Below, one piece after another: positions 37,101 through 50,224 of a DNA stretch of 64,000 nucleotides (positions within the stretch are counted from its first letter, which is position 1; the number at the start of each line of letters is the position of its first letter). The DNA is from Spizellomyces punctatus DAOM BR117. Taxonomy: Eukaryota. Under the pieces are notes generated by a model. It was not told the origin of the DNA. It saw only the letters and a program-made list of their open reading frames with translations, and searched no databases. Both the position numbers and the translations under genes were made by a program. The stretch lies in NCBI GenBank assembly GCA_000182565.2, contig KQ257469.1; one strand, given 5' to 3'.

Positions 37101-40100
37101 CGTTTGGCATAAACCCATCCCAGACGGTTCCCGGTTTTGCGCCGGGGACAATCTTCACACACCCAGATTCATGCAAGACAGATTCTAAACCAGCAACATT
37201 TCGTGCGTATACTAAAAACCAAGTTAATTAAGCTTTCACTTGCTAACGTCATCCTTGAATTCATACCAGTCATGCAATATGTCTGGTTTGCTGCCAGATC
37301 CATTGGATAAGCTATGAATGTACTGGAGGGCTCAACAGCTATGAATCCATTTGTGTAATTGGTGGAGCCGGTCTCATCACTGAACGAAACGAAGATATTT
37401 GTGATAGGGACAATGGTTTTCTGAAATGGAGCAAAGATTGTGAGGGAATTCTAAAACTTTCAAGCAACCTTGTCCGATGCGCACCTGATAAGAGAACCAG
37501 CCTCGCAATGCGTCGTTATTGGTTGAGAAACGCAGCGAAGGTGTTCCCAAAGCAACAGACCCCACACCACTTGCGAGAAGTACCGGTGGTAATGTTGCAA
37601 TTGTAATTTCAAACCCGACTCTGGTCGAAAGACCAGCTCGGTTAACAGCGCTAACGAAGACGGTGTAGCTGTTGAACTCTTTCAATGGTGGGTTGGCAGT
37701 GATGGTACATCCTGAACTTGTAATATTAGCCGTAGCTCCCGGCACGGCAACCAAGTCCGGATCCAATATCCAGCAAGCAAGTGCATTACTTGCGAGACCT
37801 AAAATGCGGGTGAGTGTCCTATTGAAAATACACTTTGGCGCGAATCTCATTGCTGCCAGACCTGATTCGGGCTCGTCCCATTCCCAATCAATGGTAAAAG
37901 TCGCTGGTGTTTGAATGTACGTCGTTGTCCCATAGACGCTATTTCCTCGATAATTGAGGAACTTCAACAACGGTGGTGTCTCATCTGGGACGCGAATATT
38001 GAGGGAGAACAGCTTATGACATTACTGAATGGAATGTTGCACCTACCGACGGTGACATTTCCTGTTGTTGCAACAGCAGTATTGCGAGTTCCCGCAGCAT
38101 TGTATGCAGTAACCACTGCGTAAAACGTTTGCCCCTGGGATATTGGTGCACCGTACAGAACCGCGTTGGTTCGAGTCGGTAGGGCATAGTCCACGATAGT
38201 TTCGGGATAGAGGATAGCTCCTATGATGCATTATCAATTAGAAACACTGTGATGTTAAACACCCTTTAACAGACTACATGTTAATACCTGTGTTGCTATC
38301 CAATAGCTGGATTGTATACTTTAATAAGCCAGATTCGTCATCTGAACTAGAGGTCCAGTTCAAGGTGACAAATAACCGCTGATTTTGGAAAATGCCGTTT
38401 CCGCCCGTAAGTATCTTTGCTTCAAAGGGTGTTGGACCAGTGATATCGATGATTGCTGAGCGGATATTGAGAGATTTTAGGACGAAGTATCTCGAGAAGG
38501 GTACTCTATTATGAACTTACTTCCACGCGAACTGGCAACGGAGTACTTCGAATCAGGTCCATTATCATTCCACGCTCGTACGTTAGCAAATACGATCGAA
38601 TCTGCCAGCAGCGGTGAGGAGATCCCGTACTCAGTGTATTCATAATAACGTCGCTCACCTTGCGGAACAGTAACCTTCGTTACAGGAAGACAGGCTTGCG
38701 AATCCCATCTTCCAACCTCCGTCCAATCCATAATGTCTGTTTGCTCTGGTAGAGTTCCAAAGGACACGTCAATACGCCCGATTCCACTCACGGCAGACTG
38801 CGGTATCCTCTTTTAGTAAAAATACCGTGCAACAAGGTTGGATGCAACATAGACCTTACCACAAAGCTTGTCCATGAGCAACAGAGTGTCTGGTTGCTGT
38901 CAATGTAATCATCCTGCGTCCAAAGAGTAGCCCCATCAAAAACAGTTCCTGGGGTTGGGGGGTAGAAATCAACTGCACTAATATCCGTGAAACCAGTGTC
39001 AGTTAGCACGTCAGTGTGAAGAGAAATATGTATATGAAAGTACTTGCATAGGACGCTCGGTTGACAAAGCAAAGAAATTGCCAGCATTGTCGGCAATTTG
39101 AAGTTGTCCTACAAGACAATGTTGCACAATAAGCGCCTTGCCTTCAGCAATGTGATTACTTTCAAACCTATACCATAAAGCAATTTCCCGTTCAACTTTT
39201 CATCAACTGTAATTGTGTAGTTCTGAATGCCCGGGGTCGCACTGGGATCAAGTGTTATGTAACCAGTATATCTCGGAGTGTATCCTAAAAATCATTTGTG
39301 AGGCAAGCAAGTCGTTCAAAGGAGCAACATCATAATAACAGTACCATCACCCAGTCCAACGTTGATATACTTCACGCCGGACAAATTATCAGAGTAATTA
39401 AATGATAATACAATGTCTCCAAGTGAGCCAGGTTCGGTGCTGGGAGCGATGCTGATGCCACCGGTTGGAGGCGTCGCTGGCAAGGAGAGTGTCCCATCAG
39501 TTTGAGCTTGTCCAATTATTCAATGTCACCTGAATACATACCGTCAACAACGTATCCGTTTCTGCAGCGAAGGGTTTTCAAACCAACCCAGTTTGTTGCT
39601 TGAATGCAAATTGTGTGATTACCCTCTGGTAGCTCATATCCGCTCAGGGACATGGCGATATCCTGTAATCAAACGTCAAATGGGGTGTGCTTGATCCTTT
39701 GTATCGAATCTAACTTACGGCTCCTCCGGGACCCGGTACAATAAAGTTGGTCCACCCATTGTAAGGCATCCAGGAATCGACATCAACTGGTATCAGATCC
39801 GCATCTATGTCATTTGGCCCAATTGCGAAATTCCAAGCCGCAATATCCGTTTCATTGTCAATAAATCCATTGAAATTGAAGAAGACTGACTAATTGAGTC
39901 ATAAGAGATTCTCTGTAAAACTTCTTGTCATTTAGTTCCCCAATAGCACTAACAATCCCTACCGATTGTGCGTTTGTTGCTTCCCAGTCACGCCGAAACT
40001 TCTGTCCGAAATAAAGGCTCCCTAGGTCTGGAGGAGTCACATCCACCTACGAAAAGAACCAGTGAGTGGAAATGTACTTATCGGTGCACCGCATCGACGT

Positions 40101-43100
40101 AATGGACCGAACTATTTGTCTCTCACTTACCATGGTGCCTTTTGATTGAACTGACGAGACGTATCCCAGTGTATTTGTCGCCTGAATAGCCAGGTAATAT
40201 GTTTTTCCATGCTCAAGTGTCAAGCCGGGAAATGTGAGTCTCCCCATTGTAGCATTTGCATCTAACTTCATCCACGGAACCGTATCATTGAGGGCACCTT
40301 CCTGCTTGCTTGTGCCTACCGCACATAAAATTTCTCTGAGAGGAGTGGCATCTTTGATGCTGTAGGCAAACGACAATTTATCGACCAATGGCTGCAGTGC
40401 GGTACCATTCCGCTGAAGATCAACCTCGGTTGTGAAGGCTCGTAGATTTTTGCGTTGAACTACCCAAGTTTCATTTTCTCCGATGGAGAATTCGAACTCA
40501 GACGGCTGCGTCAGGTCAGTTTCCCAGATATTGATAATTGGGGGCGATAGATCCCATAAAACTTTGGTCGATGCTGTGGTTTCTAGTCCTTGCTGATTTT
40601 TGGCGGTGATAGTGACATACAAGTCAATCTCATCAAACCACTCTTTATCGGTAGGACCGGGGAATGTTAAACTCTCCCCTTGGTCTCTAGGGACTGTTGA
40701 GCGTGGAATGATGCTTGTATCTCCTGGTCCCCACCCCACGCCCACGCTAGGAAAACAAGCGTTTTAGCCTTTTCGCCCAAGTCACTGTGTGAACTTGCAA
40801 TTTATGACAAACCTAATTTCGGCAATTCCTGACTCTCCATCGTGTGCAGCAAAGCGAGTAAACAATAACGGGTTCACCGGGGTCAGACCAACTACCTGTT
40901 GCGCTAATAATTGGTCGATAATTGGTGGGGTTCTGTCAGCCAACGTTCCGCTCGCATCTGATATTGTGAGAGCTCCAGGTGCAGGACAGGTATCCAGCAC
41001 ACGAATCTTGATCGTAGATAGCCTAAACAATATGAATGTGAGATGCGTGGTTCGGGGGTCTAATCGTAAGCATCTGAAATCCTACGCGAATCTGACGATG
41101 GTGACCCTCCAGGTAATGTCGAAAAAGAAGAAGTCTATGGTTACTATGATAGCAATCTCGATGGCAAGTGGAACAATCTCCACATTAATCTATGTAAAAT
41201 TAAAACAATTAGCAGCTGATTGTCACAGAACAAGTTCAACCGGGCGGCCTTACATCGATACAAGTTCCAATTGGGAAGTTTGACAGCGGAAAGTGGACTG
41301 TTATCGGCACATGCGTGTCTGCAACAATCCCAGTAACCTGCAATCCAACGCTCGCGATAAAGATGTCAAGCGAAAGACTACCGGATACCGAAATCGCGAA
41401 AGCTGGAATAACGGTGGGTTCTAACGTCATTCCCATCAGACAGACGCGCATTCCCGCTTGTATCCCCAGAATAGCGTCAAAGTCCCTGATTTTCCGCGAA
41501 AAGGACACATTCGTTAGTAAAAATGCGTGTAAGGTAGTAACAAGAAAACAGATATTTCTACGCACAATTCAAACGTCACGGGTACCATGCCTCCAACAAG
41601 AATTGTTTTCTCCGCGTGGAAAATATTGATGCTCTTCCTGAATTCCGGGAGCATACCACCTGCGCAGAGCTCCTGAGCGTTCTCGAATTCATCGTCGATA
41701 CATACGTTCGGAACGTTCACCGGAAACCCGCTGAAGGACGCTCTTCGTGCAAGGGAAACTGCGTGGGAATCAGGTTCATCGAATTCCAGGGCTCTTCGTG
41801 CTTTTGAGCTCTTTTTAGGCTTTGTTTTAGATTTACCACTCTTGTCTGCCTCCTTTTTAGCATCGAGAGCATCCGCTAGATCCTGTTGGTTCAGAGCTTG
41901 CTTGCCTATGATGGGGGTCTGAGGGACATAGCTGCGCCCGAGAATCGTTAACAAATAATAGTTGGGGTTCGGATTGAACCCGGACAGAATGGTGGGAATC
42001 CGACGGGGCAGACTGAACAGTGCATAAGTAAATTGAGTACGAAGCGCAGCAACACATGGAGAAAGGTATACTTACTATTTTCCGGGATCTAGCCATACGT
42101 TAGGATCTCTCTTATCCTGAATACTCAGGTGGATCTCGGAACCTTTAGGTGCCGCAATGGAATCTCCTCTTTTGACCTTTGTTTTACCAACGACTACGTT
42201 GAGGTCGACTAAAGGAGTCACCCGATTGATTATAATATTGTAGTTGCTTAGACTATGGTAGTGCATTTTAAGAAACGAGTAAGTCAGCGGATAGCACAGA
42301 ATTACATATCGCTGTCAACCCACCTGCCGTCAGTTACAGAAAGAATAAGCGCCCCATCATCAGCCCTGCTGAGTGTCCCGTCAAGCGGAGCCACGATCTC
42401 TTCTCTTCCCTCCACATCTAGGAAACTGCCGTTGTACTTTTTATCCAACATGGCGCTGGGAAACGCCATCGGTGCACCGTTATTATCCGCGGCGACTCGA
42501 TTAGGGAACGGTTGGTCAAATTTGGGTCCGAACACGCTACCGAGGTACTTCTTGAGTTCTAGAAAAAGGCCATTCATATAAATCCCAAGTATTTAGGACG
42601 GAATGAACTGAGCAAAGTTACCATTGTGTGTAGCACTGAGCTTTCCCATAGTAAGCTTGAAGTTCCGATACGCCTCAGCAATATTCCTTTGAGCAGCTTG
42701 AATGCTTTCGCTTGTCGTGTTATATAATTGCACGCTGGGTTGGACAAAGTCGAGTAATATGGGCTTCGACGCAGCGAGCGCTAGAAGCTGATCCAGGAAC
42801 TCGTGTTCAACGTCAGGCAGCATTCCCTCCAAAGCTTCGACGGAAAGGAGCGATTTGAGTGTCTCGAGCACCTTTTCGACCTGCCCTAAACCGGACTGGA
42901 TGCCCTGTTGTTTGCGAAATAAATGTGAGTTCTTATCGAGCGTATGTGTAGCGAAAGAAGTGTTGATCAAACCTCAATTCCGTGGACGATCGTGTTGTCA
43001 GCTTGCGCGGGACAATTCAGCACATTGTCAACACCCGCAGAAACATCGCCAAATCCTTGTGCCACATTCGCCAAGACATCGTCAATCCCATCAACTACCT

Positions 43101-46100
43101 TGGAATTCAGCTGCTTAGCAGAAGCTTTCACTTGAGCTTCCAAATACCCAAAAAAGTTTATAATGTTGAGCATATCAGATTCATCCGCAGGATCGCTGGG
43201 TACCGTGACGTTATTCAACCCAAAAGAGAAATCGGCTAGGCCAAAGGCACCCTGCGACGGGAAATTCGCAATCAAATGTTCCATGGCCGTAAATTTGGAC
43301 ACCAGAACATCGAATGCGTTGAGGGCATCTTGATAAGTCTTTGTGAAAGGACTGGTGACCTTGTCAATACCTTAAAAAGCTCTTAGAGTTAGATCGTAGA
43401 GAGTGACCTACTAGAAATAGTACTCACCTCTGAGAAACGCAGATTTGATGTTCGCTAGATCGGATAACTTAAAATTCTTGATCATATCGAGATCATACCC
43501 GACTTTTGCATATAATTTTAGTTGAGCATCCTAAACCAAGACACTCAGCATTAAGACACGGGTCAAAGAGTTACTATCAAGAATACGTACAAAAATAGTA
43601 GCTTCGGTATATCCACCGATATCAAAATAAAGAAACGCCTGTGCGCTATTGTTAATGTCTATCGTCAATTGAGTTCGCAGAACGGATAGAAAGAGATTGA
43701 TTTTGTTTTTGAAATTGACCAAGGCTCGAACTCCAACCACGCTGGGTCCTGTCGAGGAATGACATCAGACATGCGATAGATGCTCGTTTCTGTCGACGAT
43801 GATAACTTGCCATATCTCTGTTCCCAAAAGTACTTTGGGGTTTCCATGTTTAACTCGATAGACGTAGAGGTGAGTGACATGGAAACCAACCCTCTGGCTC
43901 GTAAAGCGCGGCGAGACAGGCCCATGTCGGTAGTTCCATTCATGACTCTTTCAAACCTATCTTCGTCACTTTGAAGAATATGCTTCAGTTCTTCCGCGCC
44001 TTCAATGACTTCTTCAAACGATATGCTACGCTTGTGCTTCTTATATGCTGCATGTGCAGCGGAACGCACACCGTCATCTCCTTCCGTCGCGGCAAGTATG
44101 AGAATATCTTCGATATCCGATCCATGATAAGATCCGAGCGACCTTATTGCACTCGCTCGCACAATTTCTGGGAAATGATTCGAAGTTACTTCGCTTCGCT
44201 TCAGATGGGAAAGGAGCACTGGGATAGATTTATTGTGTGCGGCATTTCCCAACGCTAGGAGAAGAGTGCCGTGGTAAGCAGCAGCATGGCTAACGTCGAT
44301 AACTTCGTCGTCAAAATCTCTCTTTGACTTTGCCCGGTCCGAGTTTAGTACATGATATTGACTATGATCGACTTCCGCGACCATTTCATGGAGGGTTGAA
44401 ACCAATTGTTCTCCTAGAGCGGTATCATTCTTCTCAAAGCTTTTCTGCGCCATCAGTCCAAGCGCTAGAGCAGCGTGTTGCTGAACATTTTCAGTTTCCT
44501 CTTGATAGCTTCCGTTGAATGTTGAATACTTTGTAAGCTCTTCAACTATCTCTGCAACTACCTTGGTAGGCTTGGCGCAGCGGGAAATCCCTTGGAGCGC
44601 AGTCGCCAGCGTCTCTTCAGGAACGTCACGACGAGACCGAGCCCCAAAAGTCTCTGCAAGAATTGTCTCGCCAACATTGGTGAAGGCTGTACATACTTCC
44701 GCTGCAAGATCCACAGCAACATATGCGACATCAGTGTGGACATACTGGGACAAAAGCTTCTGAACAGCAATGGCAGCTTGATTCTGATCGAGGCTTAGCA
44801 GTGCTTTACGTGCTCGTGCAAAGCATTGCGCTTTTTCGCCGCGTGTATGGTGTTTACGACTGTGTAGAACAGAAGAGTCATAGCACTCCATGCTCTCAGC
44901 CACGATGTTCATAACGGTTTCGAGAGGCACGGTTTTGGCGGCAATTTCGGTGGACAAGGATATCCTGACAATGTTTGCTGGCGTCGCGATAGTATGTGCA
45001 TCCTTAGTGGACCTTGTATGTAAGAGTTTGAGTGCAGTAGAGCCGGTAGCACTCATCAATAGATGCGCATCTTCAGTGCTGCGTTTCTCGACACCTGATG
45101 AGAAAAAACTTAGCGAACTACACGGGAGGACATATTCATGAAAATGCCCTAACCTCCAAAGTTGCCTCGCACACCAGCGCTTCCTTCGGACGAGACATGG
45201 TCTGTAATGACAACGCTGTGAATCTCATGCGTCTCTGGATGCTTCTCTATGATTTTTTCGTGATCATGCGTAAAGCGATCTTGCTCTGCTGTCTCTGCGT
45301 CATCGGCCTCGTCTCGCCGCGTTAACATCCGCTTGGTGAACCTTAGGTTGCTGGTGGCTGTGCTGGTGCCAACAGAGTACGCAGCATCATGACGCCCGCT
45401 CATGTCTGTCTCTGTAGTGTTGAAGTCGGCAGATCTTAATTTCTTCTCTTCATCGTATAATTTAGCTGAAAATAGGTTTGCGATGCTATTTGAAATACGA
45501 AATTGAAGTCGCGCTTCGATAGATTTCCAAACTGAACTTTGTAGGCACTTGTATGCACTTACGCCTTTTTGATGTTTAAGACCCCGCGTAACTCATCCGG
45601 GTCACTGAAAACTTCCTCCACGATGCCTGAATCGGACACGGCAAATCCAAACCAGTGCAAATTGAAATCATAATCCGTCGGTGTTTCTGAGCGCTTGATA
45701 CCTCCCTCTGGCAGTGGAGCAGTTACGATTATGCGGGGATGGCCAATGAAGACGAATTGGCATAGGGTGCGGTTGGCTTCGTCAGTATCATAAGGTTTGA
45801 TTGTGAATTTGGCATCAAGCTTCATTTCGGCATTGCTATCCAAAATTTTGAAGTTACAGTTAACGGGGAGGAAACCCTATCTACTATGTCGATAATGAAT
45901 ATAGACTGGTGGACTCACCCATTCTTATGTGCCGGTTTAACTGATAGTTCTGGACCCGAATTCAATATCGTCTTGCTCATATCAGATATGGATTCCACTT
46001 GAGTGGAAATAGAGTACTGATAACTCTTTCCAATCTGGAAATGGGCTGCATAGACATGGCTAGCAGAACAGGCCCAAAATGCGAGCAACAATAACAACTT

Positions 46101-46166
46101 GATGACGGGACGTTGAGAAATGATGATCGGCCTCTTTCGAGGCTCTCTCGTCTGCGTCGAGCACAT
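28190..46166 (-). CDS. Giant secreted multidomain protein A: signal peptide, vitellogenin/large-lipid-transfer-like N-terminus, many FN3-like repeats, ConA-like domain, Ca-EGF repeats, FN2 and WSC domains, C-terminal FG-GAP/VCBS repeats
   Basis: Collinear minus-strand exons over 18 kb. LLT-like: [31 protein letters not shown]3-like: repeated D-x-E-S-G-I and DxTPP. EGF: DIDEC...C.N..GSY.C.C. FN2: [20 protein letters not shown]...PWC...[35 protein letters not shown]. No C-terminal TM segment. Confidence 0.8.
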
Positions 46167-46775
46167 TTCTCAAAGCTTTGAGTAATGCGCCCGATCTAGG
46201 TATGAGCCTTTCTGGAGCTACGATTAAGACTGGAGTAGAGATCACTGGCGTGTAAAAGATATGGGGAAACTCGAGGTTATTGGAAAGCGCGTCTGCCATG
46301 GAATCGCGTCCAATGCACTGAACACACGAACACTCTCCTTGCATCCCTCATCCCGCGGAATTTCGAACTTAACTCATGGATTCGTCACACTGTCTCCCAA
46401 AAGGAGGTCCATATGGATATCCTGAATTAAGAATTTTTTTCCCTGAATTCCCACCCAATATTCACTAAGCCTTCAAACCAGCATTAGACATCCTTCAAAT
46501 GCAAAATGCACATTGGCTCCCAACTTACATTTCATTGTTCATTGTTAAACATCGTTAACTTAGAATCGAACAATACGATCTATCTGAATCGTGCTATTTT
46601 CAGATAAATATGGAGAAAATTGGGGGATGGACTTTCTGCAGACCTCCAAATCCGGTCTATCGGTTCTGGACCTGCTGCGAGCTTAAATACCTTAGGTAGG
46701 GGGGTAAACCTTCATCGTCCACATAGAGTTCTTTCTGAAAGTAGACGTTGAGTTACCCCCCAGGACTAATCTAAT

Positions 46776-47905
46776 ATGCCAACTTGTGCAGTATTCCCGG
46801 CGCGTTCGACGCTCGTATTCGTCCTTTCATGGATTGTTCTAACTTTGGGAACGATATCGGAATCGGCGACACTGTCTGCTGCAAGCACACGGCAAAAGAC
46901 TCTCCATATATCGACATGGTCCATACCATCAAGTTGTACCCCAAGCGGTCAAACGCCGCTGTATACCCCAGATACAGTCTATCTTATCGACACTTGCGTA
47001 TTCATGGGAGAGAATTACGCAACGGGGTCGACGCCCGCCATGTACTGGTACGGACAGTACAAATGGACTGCAAAAACCGGAACAGTTGAGAAAGTGCAGT
47101 GTCTCGATTCAGGTTGTACCGTCTGTGCAGACCCGATTGTAGTGGAGCAAGGTGTCGGTGTAGGACCATGCGCGGCGAAAGGACTGGTGCTGGATGAGGC
47201 TTGGAATGCCACGAAAGCCGGACTACCTCGGTCAGTATAATGCTTTTTAATGACGCCAACGTTATTCAATAATCCTAATATCTTTATAATGTCTATAGTC
47301 CATATATCAACAACACGGACGTCTTCGTGCAATCATTTCTGCTCTCAGCAAAAGATACTGCTACATATGTAGTTACAGGCACCTTTGATCCATTTTATCG
47401 GAACTGCACCTCTGTGTTGACAGACATGTGGGGTATTTCAGAAGTTCGACCTCTTCTTGCCGGGACGTCCCTCCTAAACACATACCTATGCAAGACCGGG
47501 AGATGCGACATCGGAACGGATTCGTGCCGGTTAGCATACTCTGCCAGCGCATTTAACGACGTGACTCTGCAACAATATAATGCGTCCGTGAACGACCCTA
47601 TACCCGCCGTACAAGTTGAGACATCAGAAGATGGCTGGGGAGTATATGATAGCGGTGTGCTGCTGGGCCAGAGTCAAAATGTTTGGCCCATTTACTTGGC
47701 ACATTTGGCTAACAACGACACGGAGTTACCAACGCCGACTTCAACATACCTACCAACGCCTACGTCAACTTTTGATGCCAACAGTACCAATGGCACGGTT
47801 AATGGCACGACGACCAATTCGAGTCCTCAAGGCCGTAGTCTTAGCATTATTCACTCCATAGTGCTAATCGCTTTGACATCCGCAATCATCCAGTTTGTTC
47901 TGTAG
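46776..47905 (+). CDS. Secreted, probably GPI-anchored Cys-containing surface protein; 2 exons
   Basis: N-terminal hydrophobic signal, CLDSGCTVC, a Thr/Pro stalk (LPTPTST x2), N-glycosylation sequons and a hydrophobic C-terminus SIIHSIVLIALTSAIIQFVL*. Confidence 0.75.
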
Positions 47906-48245
47906 ATCACGATATACCTTAGACTAGATATCAGAATTCATAGGATGTTGCAAGTTCTCTCTTGTTCCCTTATTCATCCTACATACCATAACAAAGGAGT
48001 GGGTGCTTTTAGTGTAGAATCTAGTCACAGGAGAGATATGTCTTGTGAATATATAGACTGTCAGAGGTTCTGTTTCTGTGGCCACTCATGAGTATTTCAT
48101 AATGATATTAAGCTGCACCTGCTTCCGACAGTACAAATTAGATGCATTACATCTAGCACCGCACCAGTGGCAGAAATCTATTGTCCCTGACTCTATACCC
48201 TCGCCGTCGCGCATCCCGGTTTCCGGGTCTCAGTCTCGTGACCTC

Positions 48246-49680
48246 TTAGGCAATCTCTTCATGAGGCGCCTGCTCGGCAGCAGCAATTGTTGCCGGGATT
48301 GCAGGTGCTCCTGACTTTTCATCCTTTACGATCTTATCCTTTACATTCGTGTTTGCACTGCTTCTCCCCCTTTCATTTCGCCACCGATGCAAGACGTATA
48401 CTAAACCACAGGCTAGAAGAATGCATACGACGGATAGCGGAACGGCAACGCCCACACCCACTTTAGTTCTAGCGGTGGAAACTTCTTGATCGACATAAAG
48501 CTTGAATGCCTCTGATGACATGTTAAAGTCAGTGGTGGGCGTAACAAGAACGGTGGAGGTTATGGTAAGTGGACTAGCCGTCGCGGTCGTCGTTGCAGTA
48601 GTTGTTGTGACCGGGTTTGGGTTTTCGATTGCATACGCCCTGACGATGCCGTCTTGCGATCCAGTAATCAGAAGATTTCCCATAACCGCAACGGCGGAGG
48701 CTTTCTTATTAACGTCATCGGTGGCTGCATATCGTCGACCCAACACCCCAGACGCAACATCGTACTGTAAGACAGTGTTTTGCAAAGTCGTATTGGCAGC
48801 GGGCCAAAACCATACTGGTCCAATGCCAATGGCCGGGCCTAACCCGGGAATAGGCAGGGTGGCAATCTGCGTTAAAGTTTCGGTTGCGGAATCCCAGGCA
48901 TACAAGTTCTCGGGTGTGACAATATACGGGGAGTTTGGGATCGCTTTTAACGTGCCAATGTCGTCTGGCGCTATTAAGGTGTCCTTACATGCTGTTTGGT
49001 TTAGCTGGTTACACGCAAGAATAGTCCCAGATCCAGGAAGCTTGGGGCCAATGAACAGGGTCGTACCAATGGAGGCCACAGCGGCTGGGTACGTCCTATC
49101 AATGTTCTATTAGTAAGATTGTCAGCAAGTTGTAGCGAAATGAAACTTACACAGCAGCTGTTCCCAGAGGATCCCCAACGTATGTTCCAAAAACGCTTTG
49201 AGTTTGGCCTCCCGTCGCATTGTTTGGATTGAACGTGTATACTCCATCACCTGCACCGACATACACCATGGAGCCTCCGGTAGCTAGACTATAGGTAGGC
49301 CTTTGGCCAGTTGGCGTGTCCCAATGGCCCGTGACTGTGCAGCTCATTAGATCCCAGACCCATACTCCTGCTGGTCCGTCAGGTAAAGTCGTTATCTGAT
49401 CTGTTGTAAATAGCATTTTATTGTAGATGAAGGCATCTGCAGCTCCCGGTTTCTGATTGACGCTGCCAGTTGATTGGCAGATACGTTGCGCGGTGAAGGT
49501 GGTGGGGGAGGTTTGAGAGATTTTGTAAACGTACAGATTGCCACCGACCGTCGCTCCTGTTGTGATAGAAAGGATGTTACCCTGCGTTGCAAGGGTTGTG
49601 ACTTCGAGTCCATCAGTAGTTATTGGTGGGGAGAAAGTGATGGGTGGGTTGGTAGATGGACGAGGATCTTGTGCACTCAT
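48246..49680 (-). CDS. Single-pass membrane protein with beta-propeller (WD40-like) ectodomain and Thr-rich stalk; 5' end uncertain
   Basis: Two large exons (49147-49680, 48246-~49097). WD-like VWVWDL and LITGSQDGIVRAY, a Thr-rich stalk, TM segment VGVGVAVPLSVVCILLACGLVYVL followed by basic HRWR, and a short cytoplasmic tail. Confidence 0.7.
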
Positions 49681-50224
49681 GTTTCAAGCTTGCTTTTGCT
49701 TCCGCAAGCTCAAGATGAAGATAAAGCTTGAGACTTTTGTGCTTTTCCTTTAATAGATAAAAAAGTAAGACTTGGGAGCTCCCAATATCCAGCTCTTACT
49801 GTCGGATCTTTGCTGCCCGGGCATCTTCAATAGGTAGAAAGACTTCCGCGGACTTTTTGCTTATCTAATGTGCATATAACCGGAATGAATGTGGAAATGT
49901 TAAAAGCCGCGCGCGCCAAAAGGGGAATAAAATAAGCTTTGGACATTCCCACGCATGTGGAAAGATACTCGGGGGTTAGTCCCTTGGGAGACAACATGTG
50001 TTAATCACCAATATTAATTACTAGACAACCCCTAGAACGTATGTTAACTCGTATGGAATCGTTCTTGCATTTCTATCGCGGGTCGCTGATCGCAGTAAAG
50101 GGCCGTGTCTTGGCGAGATCTCTCTTTGCTTTGCTTTGGTCCACCTGCATCGTAGTTTATCGTTTCGTTTTTGTTTGATATCGACGCATTGGAATCCTAT
50201 TCGCTAACGTTGGGATCGGTCGTC

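Noticed and set aside
48502-49113. 203-aa plus-strand ORF, and similar long antisense ORFs over the giant genes
   Set aside because: Antisense shadows of well-supported exons on the other strand.
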